A stretch of 11,754 nucleotides of DNA from Calditrichia bacterium. GTDB lineage: Bacteria > Calditrichota > Calditrichia > RBG-13-44-9. The notes below the pieces were generated by a model. It saw only the letters and a list, made by a program, of their open reading frames with translations, made no database searches and was not told the origin of the DNA. This document shows, one piece after another, positions 1-7,491 of the stretch. A program made the translations under genes and the position numbers. Position 1 is the stretch's first letter; each line of letters starts with the position of its first letter. Location of the stretch: assembly GCA_037381445.1 (NCBI GenBank), contig JARRQT010000135.1, forward strand, positions 1 to 11,754, given 5' to 3'.

Positions 1-224
1 GACCACAGGGCCATCCACAATAATTCTTTGCGGCGGTTCATGATATAGGAATTTCCGGACCGCCGGTAATTCCAGGCGTCCACCAGCAATATCAGGCCGG
101 TCCAGCACAGCGGTGTCATGAAAGTTTCAAAAAACTGCAAGCGCAGAATCAAACCGGCTTCGGAAAAAACAATAATGAAAAATCCGATTATTCCGTATTT
201 GGGGAAATATTTTCTCTCTTCCAT
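1..224 (-). CDS. Hypothetical integral membrane protein, N-terminal part (runs off the left edge)
   Basis: Not in the ORF track. Manual translation from ATG at 224 gives MEERKYFPKYGIIGFFIIVFSEAGLILRLQFFETFMTPLCWTGLILLVDAWNYRRSGNSYIMNRRKELLWMALW..., open to position 1 with several hydrophobic stretches. An SD-like AAGGGAG lies on the minus strand at about 237-243. Confidence 0.8.
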   Translation of the reverse strand, partial: MEERKYFPKYGIIGFFIIVFSEAGLILRLQFFETFMTPLCWTGLILLVDAWNYRRSGNSYIMNRRKELLWMALW

Positions 225-353
225 AAAACAAATCTGCTCCCTTATTCTGCATTCATACGAAACCAAAAAGGGGCTGGCGGATCATCTGTCAGGTCAAGTT
301 CGGGAAAACATGTAAAATTGGGCATTCATTTTTTTCGGAATTGAATTCTCATC

Positions 354-704
354 CTATTCCGCTTTCAGACCCCACTCACGGGCGAGAGCGTCGGGCATGT
401 CCACCACCATTCTCAGCATGGCCGTGGAATAGGTCTTGCCCTGCGCATCATGACGCAGTGTTTGCGTTCCCCCGCCTCCCAGCGAATTGTGCAGCAGAAA
501 ATTAAGCGCATACAGATTGGGGAGTTCAAACCTTTCCACCTCGCCAAAACAAATTCCCGTGAAGTGCTCTTTCACCCGGCCGGTGGTCAACGTTTCCTTC
601 AGGAACGGATAATATTCCGGTTTGTAGGCAATGACGCCCACGTTGGCGGTATCTCCCTTGTCCCCGGATCGGGCATGGGCCAATTGAAGCAGTTTTACTT
701 TCAT
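354..704 (-). CDS. AtuA-related small protein (stand-alone AtuA C-terminal ferredoxin-like domain)
   Basis: 116 aa with the motifs AHARSGDKGD, VERFELPNLYALNFLLHNSLGGGG and LRHDAQGK, which are typical of the C-terminal domain of AtuA-family proteins. It lies immediately downstream of the AtuA gene. Confidence 0.88.
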   Translation of the reverse strand: MKVKLLQLAHARSGDKGDTANVGVIAYKPEYYPFLKETLTTGRVKEHFTGICFGEVERFELPNLYALNFLLHNSLGGGGTQTLRHDAQGKTYSTAMLRMVVDMPDALAREWGLKAE

Positions 705-827
705 ATTTTTTTACCGTATTTTGAGTCTCCGTTAAATTGGGAACAGGCCAACCCATCCATTTATCCCTGTTATATTTCATTCTATTGAAATAGCACACCA
801 TTTTCATGGAGAGCCATTACATGAGAA

Positions 828-2189
828 TCAGATGCTTTCCACATCAACTTCGGGCGCCACCAGATTTTTCGGAATCAGAGCAGGCCAATAGGCCACGACC
901 TCCTTGGGATGGGGTCGGCCGGCGCCAAAACCGGTCACGGTAGGCGGCCCCCCCAATACCAGCGGTATCATTTCGCGGCTGAAGCGTTCGATATGGCCGG
1001 GATTTTTGCCGCGCACCCCAATCTGCAGAACCACCTCATTGGGATCCTCGATGGGATGAGACAACGGACCGTGGCAGGCATTGATCCCCAAAAACTCCGT
1101 GTGGACCTCTTCAAAATGAAGCCCCAGATACTTGATGCGCTCGCGAATGATCTCATCCGCTTTTTTGGCCTTTTCCAGGGCCTCCGGCCAGGCGTAGGTC
1201 AAATTCCCGATACAGGTCCAGCCGTCGGCATAGGAAATGGATACCTTGTAGAATTCCGTCTCCGGCTGTCCTTTTATTTGACTGACGCGCACCCGGTCTT
1301 TGCCCTCCTGTTCAATATGAATAGAAGTAAAATCGACAACCACATCCGGCGTGATGTAGTCCTTCGGATCGCCCAGTTCATAGAGCAGCTGTTCCTTCAC
1401 GGTGCGGAGATCAACCAGTCCGCCGGTATTTTCGTGCTTGGTCACCACAAAATCACCCGAGGGATACGCTTCGATAATCGGAAAACCGATATGGGCCATA
1501 TCGGGGACTTCCTTCCAGCCCGCCAGAAAATTGCCCCCGCTCACCTGCGCCCCGCATTCGATGATATGGCCCGCCACAATACCGGCGGCCAGTTTGTCGT
1601 ATTCATCAAATTTCCAATCGAATTCATAGGCCATGGGGGCCAGTGTCAATCCGGTGTCCGTGACCCGCCCGGTGATAATGATCTGCGCTCCCTGGCGAAG
1701 GGCTTCCACCACCGGTTTCGCTCCAAAATAGACATTGGCGCTGTAAAGGCGATTCCGAACCTCGCTGAGATGCTGACCGGTGTCCATATGTTTCAGGCCG
1801 CTGCCTTCATCCATGAGATCATCGATATTTTCCATGATATCATCCCCGTAGACGATACCAATTTTAAGTCCCCGGATGCCCAGTTTTTTGGCCACTTCGA
1901 AAATCGCATTGCGGCAGGCAACCGGATTCACGCCGCCGGCGTTGGTAATCACCTTCACGTTATTTTCGATGAGATCAGGCAGGATTTCTCCCATTAGCGG
2001 GACAAAATCGCGCGCATACCCCTGTTTTTCATCCCGCATCTTCTGCTTCTGCATAATTGACATGGTGACTTCAGCCAGATAATCCATGACCAGATAATCG
2101 ATGGGCCCCTTGCGGACCTGATCAATAGGCGCATCCAGGCGGTCGCCCCAGAATCCCTGGCCGGAAGCAATCCGAATCATCTTTTTCAT
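828..2189 (-). CDS. atuA: Acyclic terpene utilization AtuA family protein (DUF1446), N-terminal/catalytic part
   Basis: Motifs IRIASGQGFWGD, DYLAEVTM, ITNAGGVNP, ANVYFGA, ITGRVTD, AGHIIECGAQVSGGN, EQLLYELGDP and YITPDV. The start is placed at ATG 2189 (MKKMIRI, ~453 aa) because GGAG lies 5 nt upstream. The ORF track extends it to 2210. Confidence 0.93.
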   Translation of the reverse strand: MKKMIRIASGQGFWGDRLDAPIDQVRKGPIDYLVMDYLAEVTMSIMQKQKMRDEKQGYARDFVPLMGEILPDLIENNVKVITNAGGVNPVACRNAIFEVAKKLGIRGLKIGIVYGDDIMENIDDLMDEGSGLKHMDTGQHLSEVRNRLYSANVYFGAKPVVEALRQGAQIIITGRVTDTGLTLAPMAYEFDWKFDEYDKLAAGIVAGHIIECGAQVSGGNFLAGWKEVPDMAHIGFPIIEAYPSGDFVVTKHENTGGLVDLRTVKEQLLYELGDPKDYITPDVVVDFTSIHIEQEGKDRVRVSQIKGQPETEFYKVSISYADGWTCIGNLTYAWPEALEKAKKADEIIRERIKYLGLHFEEVHTEFLGINACHGPLSHPIEDPNEVVLQIGVRGKNPGHIERFSREMIPLVLGGPPTVTGFGAGRPHPKEVVAYWPALIPKNLVAPEVDVESI

Positions 2190-2212
2190 ACGTTCTCCGT
2201 GTTCTCGCATAT

Positions 2213-2252
2213 AAAGCAGTTAAGTTTATTCGAATAAAATTAATTTTGCTTT
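2213..2252. promoter_or_regulatory. Imperfect inverted repeat / candidate operator in the divergent promoter region
   Basis: A perfect 14-bp palindrome TTTATTCGAATAAA (2225-2238) extends imperfectly to AAAGCA...TGCTTT (2213-2252), just upstream of atuA. The region is AT-rich, so chance is possible. Confidence 0.35.
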
Positions 2253-2393
2253 TTCCTGCCCAATTGAAATTTAATCTTTAAAAAAAGGCAGTTTGATCAT
2301 ATATTCTACTGTTTATAAATAAAATAAAATGATTTTTTCTGAAAGCCAGACAATTTTTGAAAACAAATCATTCTTTCCGGTAAGGCGCGACAC

Positions 2394-2889
2394 ATGGCAC
2401 TGGGAGCCTACTTTTCCTTTTTTTATAAAAATTATTTCCGCAGCCACCGCTATTTGCGGGAGATTGTCCTGCTGGTCATCTTTAACGTTTTCTTCTGGGG
2501 ATTTTTATACGGCCCCAAAGCAGAAGATGCTATCTGGACGGTATTCGGCGTGCTCGCTCTTCTCCTGACCATGGTCACAACCCCCTCTGTCTTTTTCCTC
2601 GAAAAGGACAATTCGCTCTACTTTGCCCTGATGCATCCCAACGGACGCCTGAAGTTTTTGTTCTCGAAATTTTTACTGATCTTTACCCGCGCTCTTTCCC
2701 CTCCATTCGCTGAAAGAGGCATATGCGGTGCTGACTTTTGCGCTTCCCCCGTTTCTCGAAATCATTTTTGGCGCGGTAACCATGCAGTTTGATGTTTGGA
2801 GAATTGTGTTTTTATCGATTGCCATTATTCAAATTGCCCTGTATCTTTACATAAATGCAAAATTGATATTGCACAGGGATTTTATCTGA
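2394..2889 (+). pseudogene. ABC-2-type permease-like membrane protein gene, frameshifted and probably internally deleted
   Basis: The frame from 2394 encodes a hydrophobic N-half ending ...HPNGRLKFLFSKFLLIF (about 2684) and then turns into implausible sequence. The +1 frame opens only after a TGA at 2677-2679 and encodes LPALFPLHSLKEAYAVLTFALPPFLEIIFGAVTMQFDVWRIVFLSIAIIQIALYLYINAKLILHRDFI* (TGA 2887-2889), a permease-like C-terminus with an LPP motif, a TM helix and an xRDx end. Confidence 0.7.
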
Positions 2890-3025
2890 TCCGGTTTCCA
2901 AATGGAATTGTTTTTTAGGTGGAATGATTTTTACTGGAAATTTCCGGAATATACTCGCGTAAGCAGAAAACCCGGATCGGGGCGAGCGACAAAACATTTT
3001 CTATTTAATTACAAAGGAGTTTTCA

Positions 3026-4180
3026 ATGGAATTTCAATTGACCGAGGAGCAGATTTCCATCCGCGACATGGTGCGCGATTTTGCGCAGAAAGAGATCGCC
3101 CCACATGTGATGGAATATGATGAAAACAAAAAATTCCCCCTGGAGATCGTTAAAAAATTGGGCGAATTAGGACTGCTGGGGATAGTATATCCGGAATCCA
3201 TCGGCGGAGCAGGCATGGGATACATTGAATACGCCCTCATCCTGGAGGAACTCTCGGCGGTGGACCCCTCCATCGGATTAATCGTGGCCGCCCATAATTC
3301 CCTGGGCACCATGCACATTTATTCCTTCGGCTCCGGAGAACAGAAGAAAAAATACATCCCCCGCCTGGTCAGCGGCGAGTCTCTTTCCGCATGGGCGTTA
3401 ACGGAACCGGGCTGCGGCAGCGATGCGAAGGCGTTGAAAACCACCGCGGTGCGGAAGGGCGATAAATGGGTATTGAACGGCTCGAAAACCTTTATTACCA
3501 ACCCCAATTACTCGGACTGCACAGTAGTTATGGCCCGCACCGATCCCGAAAAAGGTACCCGCGGAATATCGGCGTTCGTTGTGGAGAAAGGCACCCCGGG
3601 ATTCAAAATCAGTAAAAACCTGAACAAACTGGGCATGCGGGCCAGCGATACCGCTGAACTGTTTTTCGAGGATTGTGAGATTCCGGCGGAGAATATCTTG
3701 GGGGAAGAGGGAGATGGATTCCGTCAGGCGATGACTACCCTGGACGGGGGCCGCATCAGCATCGGCGCCATGTGCGTGGGAATTGCGCGCGGCGCTTACG
3801 ATAATACACTGCGTTATGTGCAGGAGCGGGACGCTTTCGGTCGCAAGGTAAGCGATTTCCAGTCGACCAAATTCAAACTCTCCGATATGGCTACCGAAAT
3901 TGACGCTTCCCGGCTGCTGATCATGCGCGCGGCCTGGATGAAAAATCAGGGAATGGAGATGAACAAGGAATCCGCCATGGCCAAACTGTATGCCAGCGAA
4001 GTGGCGGTGCGGGTCTCCGATGAGGCGGTCCAGATGTACGGCGGCTACGGCTTCATCAAGGAATACCCGGTGGAAAAATTTTTCCGGGACGCCAAACTGG
4101 GCACCATCGGCGAGGGGACTTCCGAAATCCTGCGCCTGGTCATCGCCCGCGATATTCTGCAGCAGAGCAGGACCGTGTAG
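3026..4180 (+). CDS. Acyl-CoA dehydrogenase (probably short/branched-chain, isovaleryl-CoA-like)
   Basis: 384 aa with motifs WALTEPGCGSD, LNGSKTFITN, KLGMRASDT, LDGGRI, QMYGGYG and RDAKLGTIGEGTSEI. SD AAAGGAG at 3013-3019. Confidence 0.96.
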   Translation: MEFQLTEEQISIRDMVRDFAQKEIAPHVMEYDENKKFPLEIVKKLGELGLLGIVYPESIGGAGMGYIEYALILEELSAVDPSIGLIVAAHNSLGTMHIYSFGSGEQKKKYIPRLVSGESLSAWALTEPGCGSDAKALKTTAVRKGDKWVLNGSKTFITNPNYSDCTVVMARTDPEKGTRGISAFVVEKGTPGFKISKNLNKLGMRASDTAELFFEDCEIPAENILGEEGDGFRQAMTTLDGGRISIGAMCVGIARGAYDNTLRYVQERDAFGRKVSDFQSTKFKLSDMATEIDASRLLIMRAAWMKNQGMEMNKESAMAKLYASEVAVRVSDEAVQMYGGYGFIKEYPVEKFFRDAKLGTIGEGTSEILRLVIARDILQQSRTV

Positions 4181-4365
4181 CGCAGGATATTTGTCTCCAA
4201 TGGACGGGCCGCAGAGAATGAAACGAAGGCCTGTTGAATCGTTCTTCGGGCTGAGAATTCAATCCGGAATCCTGTTTGGGCCGGGATAAACATCATGCAA
4301 AGCGGAAAGACCGCGTATCAACTTAACACAAATCAGGCAAACTGTTAATACAGGCAGGAGACAGC

Positions 4366-6021
4366 ATGGCGCGAATCGGTTCAGAAGTTGTCAAAGACGA
4401 TTTATATCAGAAAAATTATGAGTTTTTCCGGGAACAGTTAAAAAACCTGAAGGCGGTTGCCGAAAAAATCAACCAGGGCGGCGGCCCCAAATATTTGAAA
4501 AAAATCAAGGAACAGGGAAAATATCCCGTGCGGGAGCGAATTCAGCGGCTGATTGATCCGGGTTCATTTTTTCTGGAAATCGGCCAATACGCCGCCTACG
4601 GAATGTACGAAGAGTACGGCGGGGCGGCTTCCTCCGGCACCGTCTTCGGAATCGGAAAAATTCACGGGCGGGATGTGGTGATTGTGGTGAATGATCCCAC
4701 CGTGAAGGCCGGGGCCTGGTTTCCCATCACCTGCAAAAAGAACCTCCGCGCCCAGGAAATTTCCATGGAAAACCGGCTCCCCATTGTCTACCTGGTGGAT
4801 TCTGCGGGAATTTTCCTGCCCCTGCAGGAAAATCTTTTCCCCGACAAAGAGCATTTCGGGCGCATCTTCCGCAATAATGCCATCATGTCTTCCATGGGCA
4901 TTCCGCAGATCTCGGCCATTTTGGGGAATTGCGTGGCGGGCGGCGCCTACCTGCCCATCATGAGCGATGAAGCCATGATTGTGGAAGGCAACGGCACGGT
5001 TTTTCTGGCCGGGGCCCATCTGGTGAAAGCCGCTATCGGGGAAGAAATCGATAACCAGGATTTGGGAGGAGCAACAGTACACAGCGAGATCAGCGGGGTG
5101 ACCGATTATAAAGTGCCCAATGAGGAGGAAGCCTTCAAACTGATCCGCAATCTGATTGAGAAGATAGGCAAATATCGGAAGCAGCAATTCGACCGCATTG
5201 AGCCCTCTCAGCCTGCATTTGATCCGGAAGAAATTTACGGAATTATTCCCGCCGACCGCTCCCGGCCCTACGATATGCACCAGGTGCTGGCCCGTTTGCT
5301 GGACAACAGCGAACTGGATGAATACAAAGCGGGCTACGGAAAAACCATCGTGACCGGCTACGGACGCATCGACGGATACGCGGTGGGAATTGTCGCCAAC
5401 CAGCGGCTGGTGGTGAAGAGCAAGTCGGGTGAAATGCAGATTGGCGGGGTGATCTATTCCGACAGCGCTGACAAAGCTTCCCGCTTTATCATGAACTGCA
5501 ATCAGAGACGAATTCCGCTGATTTTTCTGCAGGACGTCACCGGCTTCATGGTGGGTAAGAAAGCGGAGCACGGCGGCATTTTGAAGGACGGCGCCAAGCT
5601 GGTGAACGCGGTGGCCAATTCCGTGGTGCCCAAATTCACCTTCATTGTCGGCAACAGCTTTGGGGCCGGAAATTATGCCATGTGCGGAAAGGCCTATGAT
5701 CCGCGCCTGATCTTCAGTCTGCCTTCGGCCAATATCGCGGTGATGGGCGGGCAGCAGGCCAGCAACACGCTGCTCGGGATCCGGCTTTCGCAGTTGAAAA
5801 AGTCCGGGAAGGAAATCAGCGAAGAAGAAAAACAAAAGCTGCTCAGGGAAATCGAAGACCGCTACCAGGAGCAGATGCAGCCGCTGTTTGCAGCCGCCCG
5901 GTTATGGGTGGATAACATCGTGGACCCTCTGGATATGCGCAAGATTATTTCCACCGGTATCCGCATGGCAGAGCACAATCCCGATATGCCAAAATTCAAT
6001 CCCGGCGTTATTCAGACCTGA
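4366..6021 (+). CDS. Acyl-CoA carboxylase carboxyltransferase (beta) subunit, 3-methylcrotonyl-CoA carboxylase type
   Basis: 551 aa. The motifs NDPTVKAGAW, YLVDSAG, GNCVAGGAY, FLQDVTGFMVG and GNSFGAGNYAMCGKAYDPR match the MCC-beta/geranyl-CoA carboxylase pattern rather than PCC-beta (GPCAGGAVY / RKAYGGAY). SD AGGAG at 4356-4360. Confidence 0.93.
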   Translation: MARIGSEVVKDDLYQKNYEFFREQLKNLKAVAEKINQGGGPKYLKKIKEQGKYPVRERIQRLIDPGSFFLEIGQYAAYGMYEEYGGAASSGTVFGIGKIHGRDVVIVVNDPTVKAGAWFPITCKKNLRAQEISMENRLPIVYLVDSAGIFLPLQENLFPDKEHFGRIFRNNAIMSSMGIPQISAILGNCVAGGAYLPIMSDEAMIVEGNGTVFLAGAHLVKAAIGEEIDNQDLGGATVHSEISGVTDYKVPNEEEAFKLIRNLIEKIGKYRKQQFDRIEPSQPAFDPEEIYGIIPADRSRPYDMHQVLARLLDNSELDEYKAGYGKTIVTGYGRIDGYAVGIVANQRLVVKSKSGEMQIGGVIYSDSADKASRFIMNCNQRRIPLIFLQDVTGFMVGKKAEHGGILKDGAKLVNAVANSVVPKFTFIVGNSFGAGNYAMCGKAYDPRLIFSLPSANIAVMGGQQASNTLLGIRLSQLKKSGKEISEEEKQKLLREIEDRYQEQMQPLFAAARLWVDNIVDPLDMRKIISTGIRMAEHNPDMPKFNPGVIQT

Positions 6022-6059
6022 TTTTCACACATATATTTCTCAAAAACATCCAGCCAGGG

Positions 6060-6086
6060 GATGCCGTCACTCGGAGCGGCGGCATC
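6060..6086 (+). terminator. GC-rich stem-loop after the carboxyltransferase gene (possible terminator or stabilising hairpin)
   Basis: GATGCCGTC-ACTCGGAGC-GGCGGCATC forms a 9-bp stem with one G-U pair, about 40 nt after the stop codon. It lacks a proper U-tract. Confidence 0.45.
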
Positions 6087-6121
6087 ATTGTGCCCTCCCT
6101 TTCCCAAATAAATTTTCACTC

Positions 6122-6149
6122 TGTAACTTTCATTCCGCAGGATCATCTA
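6122..6149 (+). promoter_or_regulatory. Candidate ECF-sigma-type promoter for the thiol-redox operon
   Basis: TGTAAC (6122-6127), a 16-nt spacer starting TTT, then CATCTA (6144-6149). This resembles ECF promoters (-35 with AAC, -10 of CGTC/TCTA type) and lies about 55 nt upstream of the PDO start. Confidence 0.45.
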
Positions 6150-6205
6150 TAAAATCGTAAGTTAATTGATAACTAAAAAAGTTTCCATATAAGGAGGAAG
6201 ATTAT

Positions 6206-6871
6206 ATGCCTTTTATCACAGGTGAAGACGCAAAAGCAGTAAGGGAAATCTTAAGCAAACTACCCAAAACTGTTAAACTGGTTTATTTTACGCAGGAACT
6301 GGAATGTCAGTACTGCCGCGAAACACGGCAGCTTCTGGAAGAGCTCAAAGAGCTGGGCGACGGCAAATTGAATGTGGAAATCTTCAATTTCCTGAATGAC
6401 AAAGAGTTGGCGGAAAAGTATAAGGTTGATAAAATCCCCGCAACCGTTGTCCTTAGCGATGAAAAGGATTTCGGAATCCGCTATTATGGCATTCCCTCCG
6501 GATATGAATTCAGTTCATTGCTGGAAGACATTCAACAGGTAGCAAACGGTGAACCGGAAGTCAGTGAAGAGACCCGGCAGCAGATCGCCAGAATCACCCA
6601 ACCGGTCCGTTTGCAGGTTTTTGTCACGCCGACCTGTCCCTATTGCCCCAGCGCTGTGCTGATGGCCCATAAACTGGCCATGTTGAACGAAAACATCATA
6701 GCAGATATGGTGGAAGCCACCGAATTCCCCCATCTTTCCATGCGATATCAGGTGCAGGGTGTGCCGAGAACCATGATCGGTGAGAGCAGTTCCATCGAAG
6801 GCGCTTTGCCGGAACCTCATTTCGTGCAACGCGTAATGGAAGCGTATGATAAAATGTATCCGACCAATTAG
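6206..6871 (+). CDS. Protein disulfide oxidoreductase (two thioredoxin folds; PfPDO / AhpF N-terminal domain-like)
   Basis: 221 aa with two CxxC sites, CQYC and CPYC, plus GIRYYGIPSGYEFSSL, VFVTPTCPYCP and YQVQGVP. SD AAGGAGG at 6191-6197. Confidence 0.93.
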   Translation: MPFITGEDAKAVREILSKLPKTVKLVYFTQELECQYCRETRQLLEELKELGDGKLNVEIFNFLNDKELAEKYKVDKIPATVVLSDEKDFGIRYYGIPSGYEFSSLLEDIQQVANGEPEVSEETRQQIARITQPVRLQVFVTPTCPYCPSAVLMAHKLAMLNENIIADMVEATEFPHLSMRYQVQGVPRTMIGESSSIEGALPEPHFVQRVMEAYDKMYPTN

Positions 6872-6915
6872 GGAAGAATTCATACAATTTACTTTTATTA
6901 ATGTGGAGAAATTTC

Positions 6916-7479
6916 ATGAAAAAACTATCAGCGATGTCAGCCATTCTGTTATTCGGCTTTTTGCTGGCCGCCCAATCGTGCTCGAAAGCGGACAGCAGCA
7001 ATGACCCGAAACCGCAGCCGGTCACCAGCCAGAAGTCACAGGTGCAACAGTCACAGTCCAATTATCCCATGGCACCGAACTTCAGTCTGACGGATGCCAG
7101 CGGAAAAACCGTGAACCTGAGTGACTATCGGGGCAAAGTAGTCATACTCGATTTCTGGGCAACCTGGTGTCCGCCCTGCCGGAAAGAGATTCCCGGTTTT
7201 GTTAATCTATATAACAAATATAAGGACAAGGGCGTGGCGATCATCGGCGTCTCGCTGGATCAGGACGGATGGACCCCGGTGCGGCCGTTTATGAAAAATT
7301 ACAACATTGACTATCCCATCGTGCTGGGAGACCGGCAGACGGTGATGGCTTACGGGGGAATTCAGAGCATCCCCACAACCTTCATCATCAACAAGAAAGG
7401 TGAAGCAGTCGATCGTGTTATTGGCTACCATCCGGAAGAATATTTCGAGAACTCAATTACGCAGTTGCTTAATGAATAA
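6916..7479 (+). CDS. TlpA/ResA-family thioredoxin-like disulfide reductase, probable lipoprotein
   Basis: Motifs APNFSL, LDFWATWCPPCRKEIP and IPTTFIINKKG. The signal peptide MKKLSAMSAILLFGFLLAAQS-C is followed by a Q/S/P-rich linker. The start is placed at ATG 6916 (GGAG at 6905-6908) rather than 6901. Confidence 0.92.
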   Translation: MKKLSAMSAILLFGFLLAAQSCSKADSSNDPKPQPVTSQKSQVQQSQSNYPMAPNFSLTDASGKTVNLSDYRGKVVILDFWATWCPPCRKEIPGFVNLYNKYKDKGVAIIGVSLDQDGWTPVRPFMKNYNIDYPIVLGDRQTVMAYGGIQSIPTTFIINKKGEAVDRVIGYHPEEYFENSITQLLNE

Positions 7480-7491
7480 AGGGAGGAAGCT

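Noticed and set aside
118..807. Short ORFs 118-315(+), 450-788(+) and 526-807(-)
   Set aside because: They overlap better-supported minus-strand genes and lack any recognisable product.
705..830. Possible TGA readthrough fusing atuA to the in-frame small AtuA-C gene
   Set aside because: The two genes share a frame, but the spacer contains four further in-frame stops (two TGA, two TAA).
909..1997. 362-aa plus-strand ORF
   Set aside because: Antisense shadow lying wholly inside atuA, with no recognisable motifs. It is explained by codon bias on the coding strand.
2888..2978. Imperfect inverted repeat GATCCGGTTTCC / GAAAACCCGGATC and palindrome GGAAATTTCC upstream of the acyl-CoA dehydrogenase
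   Set aside because: Short and imperfect. TCCGGA/TTCC-GGAA-like words are frequent throughout the window, so chance is likely.
4181..4365. 185-nt spacer with a small GCGG-AAAGA-CCGC hairpin and a GGCAAAC motif, considered as a c-di-GMP or other riboswitch
   Set aside because: The motifs are not arranged as in the GEMM consensus, and there is no convincing extended structure.
4564..5835. 423-aa minus-strand ORF
   Set aside because: Antisense shadow of the carboxyltransferase gene, with no family features.
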